From Cyanophora paradoxa CCMP329 (lineage: Eukaryota; Plantae; Glaucophyta): 64,000 nucleotides of DNA. How positions within the stretch are numbered: the first letter of the stretch is position 1; the number at the start of each line of letters is the position of its first letter. The notes under the pieces were generated by a model, which saw only the letters and a program-made list of their open reading frames with translations, did not search any database and was not told the origin of the DNA. The translations under genes and the position numbers were made by a program. Location of the stretch: positions 62,001 to 126,000 of the forward strand of contig QPMI01000571.1 in assembly GCA_004431415.1 (NCBI GenBank), read 5' to 3'. Below are positions 47,909-60,500 of the stretch, in pieces.

Positions 47909-48301
47909 CGCGGTGGGCGCAAGCGCCGCCCGCCGCGCGCCTGTCCGAAAGGGCTCACAAGGGGCCGTTGTCCGGCGCAGGCGCGGGCGGGGCGCTGCAG
48001 GCGGAGATCGCCGGCAGCGACCGCGAGCTCGAGCAGGCGCGCGCGCGCGCCCGCCGGCCCCGCCGCGGGCCCCCGCCCCCTCTTCCTGAGCGAGAGAGAT
48101 CGCGCGCAGCTGGAGCGGGAGATTGCGGAGCTGGAGGCGGCCGCCGCCCGCGGCTCGCGGCGGGGAAGAGGGGCAAGGGCTCGAGGGCCGTCCCGCCGCC
48201 CCTGCCGGCGCCCCCGCCCCTGGACCCCCCCGGGGCCGCCCCCGCCGCCCCGCCCCGCAAGAGGGACCACGGCAAGAGCGGCGCCTGCTCCCTCATGTGA
48301 G
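47909..48301 (+). repeat. Diverged duplicate of the last two exons of ankyrin-TIR gene B (42449-42826)
   Basis: Near-identical GCAGGCGGAGATCGCCGGCAGCGACCGCGAGCTCGAGCAG...AAGAGCGGCGCCTGCTCCCT; same GC-AG intron; still encodes ...HGKSGACSLM-stop (48298-48300); one in-frame 6-nt deletion. Confidence 0.9.
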
Positions 48302-48349
48302 GCGCTGTTACAGGATTTACTAAAATATTTGGTGGCGTGGGGGGGCGGC

Positions 48350-48684
48350 CGGGGGGCGGCCATAAGAAAAATTAATTGAAAAATGCACAAGGGCCCTAAG
48401 AACCGCCGGCCGTGTTTTGGGGGCGGCCATAAGAAGAATCAATTGAGAAATGCATAAGAGAAATGAGTTGAGAAATGCGGGCTTTTTGGCGCGTGCGGGA
48501 AGCTACAGAATTCCGGGTCTCGGGAGAGGGGCGCCGGCGGGCGCTGCCTCGGGCCCTCTGCCGGGCCAGCCCTGCTGCCAAGATCTATAGCTAGAACGCC
48601 CGGCGGGCCCTCTGAGCCCGGTCCGCCAGGCCGAGCCCTGCAGCTGTGCGGCCCCGGGCCAGCCCTGCAGCTGTGCGGCCCCGG
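48350..48684. repeat. Short direct repeats at the border of the decayed region
   Basis: GGGGGCGGCCATAAGAA..AAT.AATTGA.AAATGCA twice (about 48352 and 48419); AGCCCTGCAGCTGTGCGGCCCCGG twice in tandem (48634 and 48661). Confidence 0.6.
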
Positions 48685-48689
48685 TGTCG

Positions 48690-49630
48690 GATGGGAAGAT
48701 TCCCACCCGATTAGGCACCCGCGCAGTACTGCGCGGGGCCGGCTCCCTGTGCTGGAGCAGCTGTAGATGCAGGCTGGTGTATTCACTGTGTACCCGGAAG
48801 ACTACTGACTCTGTACCCCTAAGACAGGTAGAGGCAGGCCAGCGTAGGCTACCGAGAGGTAAGCCTACAGGAAGAGAGACTATGCTAAGCCACTCAGGTT
48901 ACGTCAGGCACCAACTAGCTCTAGTCACTAAGTCACCGCAAGGCCGGGGAATCGAGCCAGGCGACAACTCCTCTTCCGCTGACGTCGCGTCCGCGCGACG
49001 TAGCCAGTCAAACCGTGACTCTCGTCGGCATAACCGCAAGAGGGCGTCCCCAACACCGCCGATGGGTGCACCGCTCGAGGGCACCGACAGGCCCCAAGAC
49101 GAGGAACCTGAGCCACAGCCCGAGGACAGGAATGCAAACAGCTGCAGGCCAGGTAGAAGGCCAGGTAGCTGTAGATCGATCCCGTCCAGGTCGTCCAGGT
49201 CGTATGCAAGGCATGGCAGGTGGGGCAAATGCGTGCATGCGGGAAAGCTCGAAAGGGAAAAGCATAAAAACTCGAAAGGTGTAAACGCTGGCCCAAACTC
49301 ACTCCAAACGGCGAGGGCCGCTGGAGAGTGGCACGGATGGGAAGTTTCACCGCCTCGGGAAGAAACCAACGAGGAGGTATTCGGGCCGCCCATCAGGCCC
49401 AACGAAAGGATAGGGCACGACTGAGTGCACCCCCAGCCAGCAACCTCGAGCCCCTCACGGACCCGCAGGCACCCGGGAGGCCTACACCCAGCCACTCTCC
49501 ACGAGCGACGGGCCCAGATCCCAGAAAATGGAACGAAAGGCCCAGATGACGCCCCGTGATCGGCCACCAGCCAACCCACGTCCCATCTCGAAAGCCAAGG
49601 TTGAGGCAAAGCTGGCAAAGAAATCTGCCG
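48690..49630 (+). mobile_element. Possible decayed tyrosine-recombinase retroelement (DIRS/Ngaro-like) fragment
   Basis: Frameshifted CCCH-like stretch VCKAWQVG/KCVHAGK and RPPANPRPISKAKVEAKLAKE, loosely like the gag to RT N-terminal region of such elements; no RT core visible. Confidence 0.2.
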
Positions 49631-52600
49631 TCGACTCTCATCTCATCTCTAGCGTCGCCCTCGGCGTCCCACACAGGAACCCTCGGCGCCGACGTATGGG
49701 GCAAGGTATAGATTTGGTTCGGGACGTTTGGTTGGGAGTAGGGTCCGCTGAGGCTCGTAGGAGGTCCGTTTCGCACGTCATGAAGACGGGATTTGCGACT
49801 GCACATGCAGGCTTCCGATCCACAGCCAGCTGCAGCGTGCAGCTGCGTCGAGCGGAGTAGTTGAATCCGAACTCAGACGGCATTGGCGCAGCTGATGTGG
49901 ATTCATGAAGCGTGCAGTCGACGTCGATGTGAGCGGCGACCTTGTATGCACTTGCACGTGCGTCTCGAGCTCGAGCTCGCGACCAGGTGCACGCGATAAA
50001 GGTACGAGCCCTTGAGCCGCACATCATCGAAGAGCAGAAATGCTTCGACGATCCCGTGACTGCTTTGGCGCTCCTGTCGAGGTCGCGCAGCTTGCAGTGC
50101 AGGGTCCAATCCGCGCGGCCCCCGGTTCTGACCGCTGGGACCACAGGGTGCACAGCTCAGCAGCTGAACCCTCGTGGTTGGATCACGAGGCCGACGTGCG
50201 AGTTGCCGAGCTCAACGCCTCAGCTGATCGCGGGCGAGCGGCCCCTCGCGACTGTCGGTGGGAGCGTGCAAGGTTGGAGCTCGTGAAGCATACGCCAGGC
50301 TGTCAAGCACGCGCTACGGCGTGATCATGAGGGCTGCAGTGTACGCGTGTACGTAGAGCCGCGGCGCGGGATTCCCTGGAGGAGGTCCGGGTCCCTTGGC
50401 GGACGTACATCAGTGTACGCTGGCACTGGCGCTGTGTGTGGCCTGGGGCGAGAGATGGGGCGAGGACCGAGACCGAGCCCTCACGTTCGCGACGTGCGTG
50501 ACATCGCAGCGCTCAGCTGCTGGCGATGAAGCCAGGTGTCGACGCTCCAGCTAGACGCGGCCTTCAATCGAAGGCGCGCGTGCTGGCCGCGAATCCCATC
50601 AGTCGTTCCCTCGGCCTGGTCTTCCTGGGATCCGGCCGCAGCCAGGCTCGTTGGCAAGCTTGGCGGTCATGATCACGGGAAGGGTTCTGCAGCAATCCGC
50701 GAGACTGCATATTCGCGGTGCCGAGACCCTCGGATTTGCGACCGATTCGCCAGCCTTCGCCGTGGGCTCGTTTCGATCGCATCCCAATACCAGGCGATCA
50801 GGCGAAGCTGACGGACGGCGAATCCTTCAGAGACTCAGATCTCTTGATCGGGGATCCGAATTCGTGTTCGGTGCGTAGCCAGACCGCGACACGGCGTGCA
50901 GTCGGCTGCTGAGATCCGATTCCGATCCTTAGGAGGCCGCATCGGTGAGTAGTGCGAGCGAGTGCACTGGCCGTAGCTGGACTCTCAAGCTCTGTCGAAA
51001 CAGCACTTGCCAGTCCGTTCCGGACACGGTCACTGGCTGTGCACGTAACAACAGGGCCTGAGGGCCATCAGCCCCAGTAGCATCGCCACCGATGGGTTTC
51101 CGAGGCGGAATGTGGTTCGCCAACGGCGAGACCTGGATCCCGGCGAGCCGCCGTGTGAGGAGACCTCAAGGCGGTTAGCTAGGTTCGATTGCTTGTGCTC
51201 GATCAGCCTGCAGACGGCAACGCGCGCTGGGGCGAACTGCTCCACAGCAGATCTAGGCGCGACGTCGACTACATGCTCGAGTCTGATCATGGTCCCGACT
51301 CCTCTTCCGCTGAAGAGGGGAAGTCGGGCGTGGCAGGCATCCGCCGATCGAGGAGGGGCTCAGGCGTCGGGCCAAGAGGCAGCCTTCGGCTCGAGCGCTT
51401 GTGCGCGTACTCCTCTTCCGCTGAAGAGCGGAAGCCGTAGCACGGCAAACTGCCTCCGATGCCACTCCCTCTTCGGTTAAGCACCGTCCCCGGTGCTCCA
51501 CCGTCTTTCGCGAAAATTGTGGCACGCTGATCATGAGGCCGCTGGATCCGTGATTGGATCGGGACAGCGTGGCCGTGGTGGAGAAATTCGCGAGTGCGGG
51601 TAGAAAGAACGGCGAGGCGTGATCGTGCACGACCGTAACCGTCTCTCTTTCGTTGGATTCCATGGCGTTCCGGGCCGCTGCCACTCTCGATTCGAGGGGC
51701 GAGCGTGAGCCGCGGGCCAGAGCGAGGTTGAATGGATGCTGGCTTCGATTTGAATTGAGTTGTGGGCAACTGATCAATTGCGTCGGCCGGCCACGATTGT
51801 GCCGATCGCGAGTCAATCGCACTGCAGTGCCCGCCGTTCGAATTTCGCGATTCGATCGGACGCCAGTCGTGTCGAGCACGAGGGCATCGAGCCTCGACTT
51901 TCGAGCGGGCGTCGATCAGCGCAAGGCTTGGGCCGAGCTTCCGAAACACGATTTGCATATATAGCGCTCGGCTGTGTATGCTCGTGTCCGTAGGCCCGTG
52001 TTGCCGCTTTTTGCGGTTTTAGGCCAGGCGTTGGGGCGCCAGCACCCAGATTTATGGGAGCGGCCTCAGTGAATGAAGCTGGTGACGGTGGGTGCGCCAC
52101 TGCCGGGAATAAGATCCCGGGTCGCCGGCGCCCAGCGCGAAACGGATTTGGCAGCTATGTCGAACTCGTTCGCTCGCAGGAGCGCCAGCTGCATATGCAT
52201 GCAGCCGGGCCCGCGCGACTTGGTATACGTATGCGCGAACGTCCGGTGGTCCGGGTTGCGGGGCAGAATTTGAGAAAATCCGTGCCGCTGCTCGGGACGA
52301 GAGCCCGGCCGGCGGGTCGCCAGCGAAAATCGACGACTTTCGCCATGCTGGGCCCTCGCGAAATTTCGCGAGCCGAGAGGTACGAAATCGGCCGTGCCAC
52401 GGTGCGTGCGCGGTCCGACGGTCTGGCCTTCTCGAGCGGGCCGCGTACGCGTAGCCTACATCTCGGTTCCGAGCCGCGCGCGGCGTCGGGGCGGAATCGC
52501 GAGATCGAGGTCAACCGTCGGACTCGGGTGAGTCTCGAGAGCCGTGACCGCTTTAGTAAGCGTCAGAACCAGGCTCAGCGGCTGGTCTGAGGCTGAGGAT

Positions 52601-55600
52601 GATGCATATGCTTGGCCGAAGGGCCGTGCAAGGGCCGGTCTACTGGGCCGGGCATGGCCACGCACACGTGGCGCGAAATTAAATTGCCGCACTCTAGTGC
52701 TGCAAAATTTTCGTGGCGACGCGAAGTGATTCGCATGCACAGATCTAGAGGGCCCGGGAAACGTCCGGCGCGATGATTGTGCACGCGGGCGCCCTCACGC
52801 CGTGACGTCCGCTGGCGTGCGCCGTGACGGCCTCGCCACGCGGCAGCCGGCCACGGGCGTGCACTGCGGCCGCCGGGCACAAGTGCGTGTGCAGGGCGCG
52901 GCTGCGCATGCCGTGGTATTGATGGCTGGGCGCCAGCCGCCGTACGCGTGGCAGCTTTAGCAGCACCATAGGGATCGGCAGGCGGGCTTGCAACCAACGC
53001 GATGGGTTCCCAGCTGCAGGAGCGGGACCGGTAGCGGCCGGTTGCAGGAGCCGTGCTCGTGCATACGAGTGTCAATATCGTGCCGACGATGTCATGCACG
53101 ATCGCAGGCTTTCTCTTAGAAGACCGGGGGGGCCCCGGTGCTCTCGAGAGAGCTGACGATAGAGCTTTCGCTCTGTCTCTAGCTCTCGGTGGCCGTGGCG
53201 GGTACCCGGTGCGCTGGAGTGTGAAGCCGACAGCTGCAGGTTCCACCAGCTAGGCGGGAACGGCTTTCCGAAAATCGGATACCGTGGCTTGCGCACGGGC
53301 CAGCCACTTGGGGCGCGCTGCCGCGCGGATCATCAGATCCGGCTCATCATTGAATTCCGAATTCGAATCGCGAATTCGAATTGCGAATTCGAATTGCGAT
53401 GCTTTCGAATTTGGGTGCCGCAGTGCGGTCGACAGGTTCGCTTCGCTCGGTAGCGAATTACGATTTCTGCAGCTCATGCAGTCTTCCCTGCCTCATCCTC
53501 TCTCCAACCGTGTTTTAGCGGGAGGTCGAGGCATGAGCGTGCCGCAAGGCGGGTGGGGCTGAAGGCCGCGTGCGCAGGCTTGGCGGCGAGCGGCCGTGCC
53601 GAGGCCTGGAACCTGCCGCCGTGCGGTCGCGTGTAAATTTTGCGGGCCGGTCTGCGAGCCCTGAAGGCTGCGCTACGGTGCGAAAAATGCCTGCAGCCAG
53701 CACCAGCTGCAGCATCGCCGGGTTTGGCGAAGTGGTGCACAGGTTCCGGCTCAGGGCGGCGGCAATGCTCTTTTCGAGCTAGCACTGCCCTTGGCGGCGC
53801 AAATCGCGACCGTACATTCGATAGCTGGATCGGCGCTCTGTAGCACGGCGCTCCATTACAGCGCCTCATCAGCGCTCGCCGAGCGGCGTGCCGGCGTTGG
53901 CAGAGAGAGCCGGGCGCTGTTCAGCGCAGCCGATCGTCCGTTCGCGATCGCGAGTCGACGTCGTTTCGCGAGTCGGTCCGGGGCCACGGGGCCGTGTGCG
54001 CAGCCTCTTTGAGAAAGCTACCGCATAAGTGCTCAGGCTTCGAATTTTTCGCGGCGCTCAGCGCGGCTGCTCGGCGGCTGCATCCGATATCCGGTCGCGA
54101 TATCGATGCATATGCTGTGGGCCTGGCCGGGGCTGAGACCCGCGCCTGCAACACACACGTGCACGTGCACGCGGTTTATGCAAGGTAGGGCTAGCCGTTT
54201 AGTTTTGTTTAACGGTTGCAGCCTTTATTCCCGCTGGCCATGGTGGCTGCGGCTTGAATATTTGTGGCGCTCGCGATCGGTGTCCGCGTCCGCGGCCACG
54301 CGATTGCACGTGCAAAGAGTCGTGCGCGGCTCGACAAGCGGCTCTGGGGCCCGCTGTACGTTGTAGCGCTGGCCCACGCGTGGGAGTCCGACATTCGATT
54401 CCAGTCGCTAGCTTGACGCTCGCAATTGGCCTCGGTCTCCCTGGGACTCGGGAGGACGAGTCGAGCCCGTTGCGAGCTTCGATTCGCGTTGGGGCCGGGG
54501 GCCACAATTCGCGGCCTCGTAGGGGCAAGGCCCTAATTCACAGCTTTGCGACGTCCAGCGACCGAGCGTGATCGTGGATTCGCGACGCGGATATTCGCGG
54601 GGCCTAGGCTCGCCGCGAATCTCGCTGGGCTCGTGGCCGTGCCGGTTTTCGCGGGGCAGGCCGGTGCGGCCCGGTGGGCCGGGGCTGGAATCCCGATGCG
54701 GGTCGCCGCAGGCGCCGACGAGGAGGCCCTTGGGCGAGGGGCCCGCGAGGGGACCTGCCAGGCAAGGGCCGGTGGCCGCCTGAATCTCGACTACGCCGAG
54801 CTCGAGGCTCGCGATTGCGCGGGCTCGAATATTACGGGCCGTCCTTCCGATATGGGCTGGACGGGCCGGGCACTCGGAATATTCGATCGCGAATCTTTGA
54901 GTCCGGTCCCGATTATCGGATTTTCGCGATATCGATATCGGACGGGCACGGCTTCCGCAGTGCCGGCCCGGCGGTGGGGACAGTCTGGCAGGAGAGAGCC
55001 GGAGCTGCGAGCCCGGGCAACCTCAGACCTCAAAAGGGCCGAGGGCTGCCTGCGATCGCAGCTGCTCCAAATCCGATCGCGAGGCTCGCGATAGTCGTTC
55101 CTTGCGATCCAAATTCGCAGGCCGGCACCCTGAATCGGGGCAACGATTGCAAATTGACGGATCTCGATTATCGGATTCTCGCGGGTCATCGGACCCCATA
55201 TGCATGGCCAGGCACGTGCACGGCAGCCACGGGCGGCCGCGGGCTGGAGCGCGTGCAGCGGGCTCTGGGTTTATATCCGAGCGAGCTAGCGTAACTTTGA
55301 TCGTGAGCTCGAGCTCGCCGAGTCGCCTTGGCCGCGGGCCAGATTAGAGGCAGCTTGAGGCGAATTCGAAGCGCAGTGCCCGAGCCCCGAGGCTCGTTCA
55401 CTGGCCGGGCTCGGAATTGGCTTAATTGAACCGTTCAACGGTTGGCCACGTGCATCGGGGCGCCAGGCGCATTGGACGCTTCGGCGCGGGGCGCGGGTGC
55501 CGCTGTCAGCTTCGGGCCCTGAGGGCAGGGCCTCCGGGACGCAGCCGCCAGCTGTTCGCAGGCAATTGCAAGCGCCGATCGTAGGCTGAGCTCGTCCTCT

Positions 55601-56879
55601 GGATTCGAGGCCAGGGACCGCAGCTATTTGCAGAGGACTTCCAGGGCTCAGGGCCCAGCGGCAAGCCGGCCGTGGACTGCGGGGCCTCGGGCCGAGGGCG
55701 AGGCCGGGCGGCCGTTATTTAACAGGGCCGTACACGCATCGGCTTGAACGTTTACAGGCATTCGCATGACCGTGCAATCTGCACGTGCTCGTGCACTGTG
55801 GCTACGGCACCCACCGGCTGCCGCAGTGCGGTTCGGTTGCGCAGCCAAGTCGCGGAAATATGCCCAGGGCCCGGCCGGGTGCCCGGCGCCGGCGGCCTCC
55901 GCCTCTGAGAGAGGGCGAGACTCGCGATCGGCGGGCTCGAGGTCGCAAGGCAGGCGGTCGCGACGTCGACGGCGGTCGCAGGGCAGGCAACGGCCAGGGG
56001 AGCGGGCCGTGCCGCACGGTGCCGCGCGCACGGCGCTGTCGTGTACGTGCACGTGATCCGATGATCGGCTTCGTTGGGGATCAGCCACGATATCGATATC
56101 GATCTGGATAGACTCATGGTCGTCTCGAGCCAGGGGCTCGGAATCGCGATCCCACGTCCGTGGATCGGGGGCCGGATTGGGATTCAAGCTTAAGGCCCGC
56201 GATTTCGCGATCGGTCGGCGTAGGGCATCGTCGTGACCGGGCGTTGCAGCGCTCCTTGCTCGCAGCGGCGTGAGAGACGCCACTCTCAGGCCTCTGGGGG
56301 CTCGTAGCGGCGCGAGATACAGGGCCGATGTCTGGGGACCGCAGGCCGGTCGTGAGGCACGGCATTTTGCGTGCGGGAACTCGAAGGATCCCGACGTCGC
56401 AGCACGCGAGATCAGCCATGGGTTCGACCCGTGCGCTGTGATAAGCGCCCTTGGTCCGGGCGTGCTGCGCAGCTTCGCAATCGCTCCTCTGACCGTGGGG
56501 CCGGGGCCCGGCCGGCCGCGGGCCACCTCGAACGGCACTGCGGCAGTTCGGCGATGCAAACGGCAGCTCGGCGGTCGCGATCCTGTCCGCGAAGGCGAGG
56601 GCAACCGCGAGGGCGAGTTGCTGATCGTAATTCGATGGTTTACGCCTCGCTTCATTCGAATGCAGAAGACCTAGCTATCTTACGCCTGACACTACTTAGC
56701 TAGATGCACGGGATAGCGCATCGGGTTGGGCCCTGAGGTACGGCAGCTCAAGGCTGCTTTCCCGGGAACCACGTATCATAATACGTTGGCGATCGACCAG
56801 GGCGGATCGCCGTATGCCATTCCGGCCTCGCCCTTGCGAGTTCCGGAACAAGAACTCTCCGGGGTAAGCGTGCTAGGCG

Positions 56880-57140
56880 CTTGTACCCCGGGGAGGGCCG
56901 TTGCGGGTCGAGACGGTGTACCCCGCTCGGGGTACTCCGCTCGGGGCCGTCGCGGGGCCGATCGGGGTACCCCGCTCGGGGGTACACTTGATCGGGGCCG
57001 CTCTGACGCCGTACCCCTCTCCGGGGTACGCGTTCGGCCTCGGGCCGCGCCTTGTGGGGCCGGTTGGGGCGAACGGCGTACCCCGGGGAGGGGTACGCGG
57101 TTTCTTCCGGGTTCGGGGATCCGAAGCCGGGTACCGCCGC
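56880..57140. repeat. GTACCCC/GGGGTAC-rich foldback cluster
   Basis: Repeated GTACCCCGCTCGGGG units and an inverted repeat GTACCCCTCTCCGGGGTACGCGTTCG (57011) / CGAACGGCGTACCCCGGGGAGGGGTAC (57070). Confidence 0.6.
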
Positions 57141-57589
57141 CGGAGGCCGCGGGGGTGAGCGTAGCGAACGCAGCACGAATGCAGTACCCCCTACCAAACA
57201 AGAGTCAGGTCACAGCCAGCCAGAATAGCATACATAAGGACAAAAGTGATCAAGAGGGCGAGGGTTGATCCACCCTCCTCCTGCCCCCCCCCCCCCCCTT
57301 TCCTCCCCCCCCGCCCCCCCAACGTGTCTCGGACGCTGAGCCCCTATCCCCAGCGCACTGCGCTGTAGGAGGACGGGCAGAGAGCGTGAATTCGGACAAC
57401 AACATGGGGCCGGGGCGGGCCAAGAAGCCCGAGGGAACGAGCCGGCACAGAAGGCTGGGGGGTTCTCGTCGTACCCCTATGGGACAGTCGACGAACCGGG
57501 GCGGCGCTTGATAGTTGCGCCGCCAGATCCCCGCCGCCGACAAGTCATGCTGGGCGGTGCGGGCCAGGGGCGCGCTACGGGTGGAGGGC

Positions 57590-60500
57590 GGGCAAGGCGG
57601 TCGCACTGCGCGTCGGCGTGAAGTCGCGCGAGGCCGTTACGGACCTCGGGGCCGCGGCGGAATCTAAAACCATCCCAGCCGGTGAGCACCGAAAGTGAGC
57701 CCACCACCGTCCTGCCCTGTGCAAGCAGGTTAGGCGGCGGAAGCGCGCCGCGCGGAGGCGTGGGGGCCGCATAAGACCGCGGGAGCAGTCGCGGGGCCTC
57801 AGGGCCTGGAGCGCCCGTGGGACAGCACCGTGGGCGAGCCAGCGGTCAGCCCACCCTGCGCCAGCAGGCGAGGCGGCGGCAGCGCGGGGCCGCGCGAGGC
57901 CGTGACGGACCCGGGGCGGTGATGGGGCCATGAGCTCCAGCAGGAGAGCGCGGCTGGCGAGCCAGGGGCCGGCCCGCCCTGCGCCAGCAGGTCGGGCGGA
58001 GGCGGCGGGTCGAGCGGCGGCGCGGGGCCGCGCGAGGTCGTGACGGACCTCGGGGCCGCGAAGGAGCCTTGAGCTCCAGCAGGGGGGCGACGCGGGCGAG
58101 CCAGAGGCCGGCCCGCCCTGCGCAAGCAGGCGAGGCGGCGGCGGCGAGCCGAGCGGCAGTGCGGGGCCGTGCGAGGTCGCTGCAGACCTCGGGGCGGTGG
58201 TGGAGGCTTGAGCTCCAGCAGGAGAGCGCTGCTGGCGAGCCAGCGACCGGCCTGCCCCTTCGCGAGTAGGTCCGACGGCGGTAGCGGGTCGAGCGGCCGC
58301 GCGGGGCCGCGCAAGGCCGCTACGGACCTTCGGGCGGCGGCGGAGCTTTTAGCTACCGCAGGAGGCGCTGCGCGCGGTCCACCAGCCGGCCCGCCCTGGG
58401 GGCGGTGGCGGAGCCTTGAGCTCCAGCCAGGAAGCGTCCGACGGCCGCGGGCGGGCTAGGGGCCGGCCCGCCCTGTGCCAGCCAATCAGGCGGAGGCAGC
58501 GAGCTGGGCGGCGGCGCCGGGCCGCGCGAGGTCGCTGCAGACCTCGGGGAGGTGGCGGAGCCTTGAGCTCCAGCAGGAGCGCGGTGGGCGGGCCAGCGGC
58601 CGGCCCGCCTGCACCCGTAGGTCAGGCGGCGGCGGCAAGCCGGGTGGTGGAGTGGGGCCGTGCGAGGCCGTCAAGGGCTTCGGGGCGGCGGTGGAGCCTT
58701 GGGCTCCAGCCGGAGAGCGCGGCGGACGAGCCAGCGGCCGCCCGCCCTGCGCCAGCGGGTCAGGCAGTGGCGGTACGCCGAGCTGCAGCGCGGGGCCGCG
58801 CGAGGCCGTGACGGACCTCGGGGTAGCGGTGGAGCCCTGGGCTCCAGCTGGAGAGCGCGGCATGCGAGCCAGCGGCCGGCCCGCCCTGCGCAAGCAGGTC
58901 AGGCGGCGGCGGCGGGTCGAGCAGCGGCGCGGGGCCGCGCAAGGCCGTGACGGACCTCGGGGCGGGGCGGGCCCTGGGCTCCAGCCGGAGAGCGCCGCAG
59001 GCGAGCCAGCGGTCGGCCCGCCCTGCGCAAGCCGGTCAGGCGGCGGCGGCGGGGGCGCGGCGGTGCGGGGCCGCGCGAGGTCGTTTTCGGACCTCGGGCG
59101 GAGGTGGAGCCCTGGGCTCCAGCCGGGGGCGCTGTATGCGAGCCAGCGGCCGGCCCGTCCTGCGCAAGCAGGTTATGCGGCGGCGGCGGTCGAGTGGTGG
59201 TGCAGGGCCGCATGAGGCCGTGAACGGACCTCGGGGCGGAGGTGGAGCCCAAGGGCTCCAGCCGGAGAGCGCGGCAGGCGAGCCAGCGGCCGGCCCGCCC
59301 TGCGCAGGCAGGTCAGGCAGTGGCGGTACGCCGAGCTGCAGCGCGGGGCCGCGCTAGGCCGTGACGGACCTCGGGGCGGCGGTGGAGACCAAGGCTCCGG
59401 CCGGGGAGGGCTGCATGCGAGCCAGCGGCCGGCCCGCCCTGCGCAAGCAGGTTATGCGGCGGCGGCGGGTCGAGCGGCAGCGCGGGGCCGCGCTAGGCCG
59501 TGACGGACCTCGGGGCGGAGGTGGAGCCCTGGACTCCAGTTGGGGAGCGCTGCATGCGAGCCAGAGGCCGGCCCGCCCTGTGCAAGCAGGTTATGCGGCG
59601 GCGGCGGGTCGAGCAGCAGCGCGGGGCTGCGCGAGGCCGTGATGGACCTCGGGGCGGAGGTGGAGCCCTGGGCTCCAGCCGGAGAGCGCGGCAGGCGAGC
59701 CAGCGGCCGGCCTGCCCTGCGCAAGCAGGTCAGGCGGCAGCGGTGTGTCGAGCGGCGGCGCGGGGTCGCGCGAGGCCGCTTCAGACCTCGGGGTGGAGGT
59801 GGGGCCCAAGGGCTCCAACCGGCGAATGTCGCAGGCGAGCCAGCGGTCGGCCCGCCCTGCGCAAGCAGGTCAGGCGGCGGCGGCGTGTCGAGCGGCAGCG
59901 CGGGGCCTCGCGAAGCCGTGACGTACCTCGGGGCGGAGGTGGAGCCCTGGGCTCCAGCCGTGAAGCGCTGCATACGAGCCAGCGGCCGGCCCGCCCTGCG
60001 CAAGCAGGGTATGCGGCGGCGGCGGGTCGAGCGGCAGCGCGGGGTCGGGCGAGGCCGTGACGGACCTCTGGGCGGTGGTAACGCCTTGAGCTCCAGCCGG
60101 GGGGCGCTGCGGACGAGCCAGCGGCCGGCCCGCCCTGCGCAGGCAGGTTATGCGGCGGCGGCGTGTCGAGCGGCAGCACAGGGGAGCGCGAGGCCGTGGC
60201 GGACCTCGGGGCGGTGGTGGAGCCCTGGGCTCCAGCCGGGGAGCGCTGCATGCGCACCAGCGGCCGGCCCTGCGCAGGCAGGTTCTGGGGCGGCGGCGGG
60301 TCGAGCAGCAGCGCGGGGCCGCGCGAGGCCGTGACGGACCTCGGGGCGGAAGTGTGGCCCTGGGCTCCAGCCGGGGAGCGCTGCATGCGCACCAGCGGCC
60401 CGCCCTGCGCAAGCAGGTCAGGCGGCAGTGGCATGTCGAGCAGCAGCGCGGGGCCGCGCGAAGCCGTGACGGACCTCGGGGCGGAAGTGGGGCCCTGGGC

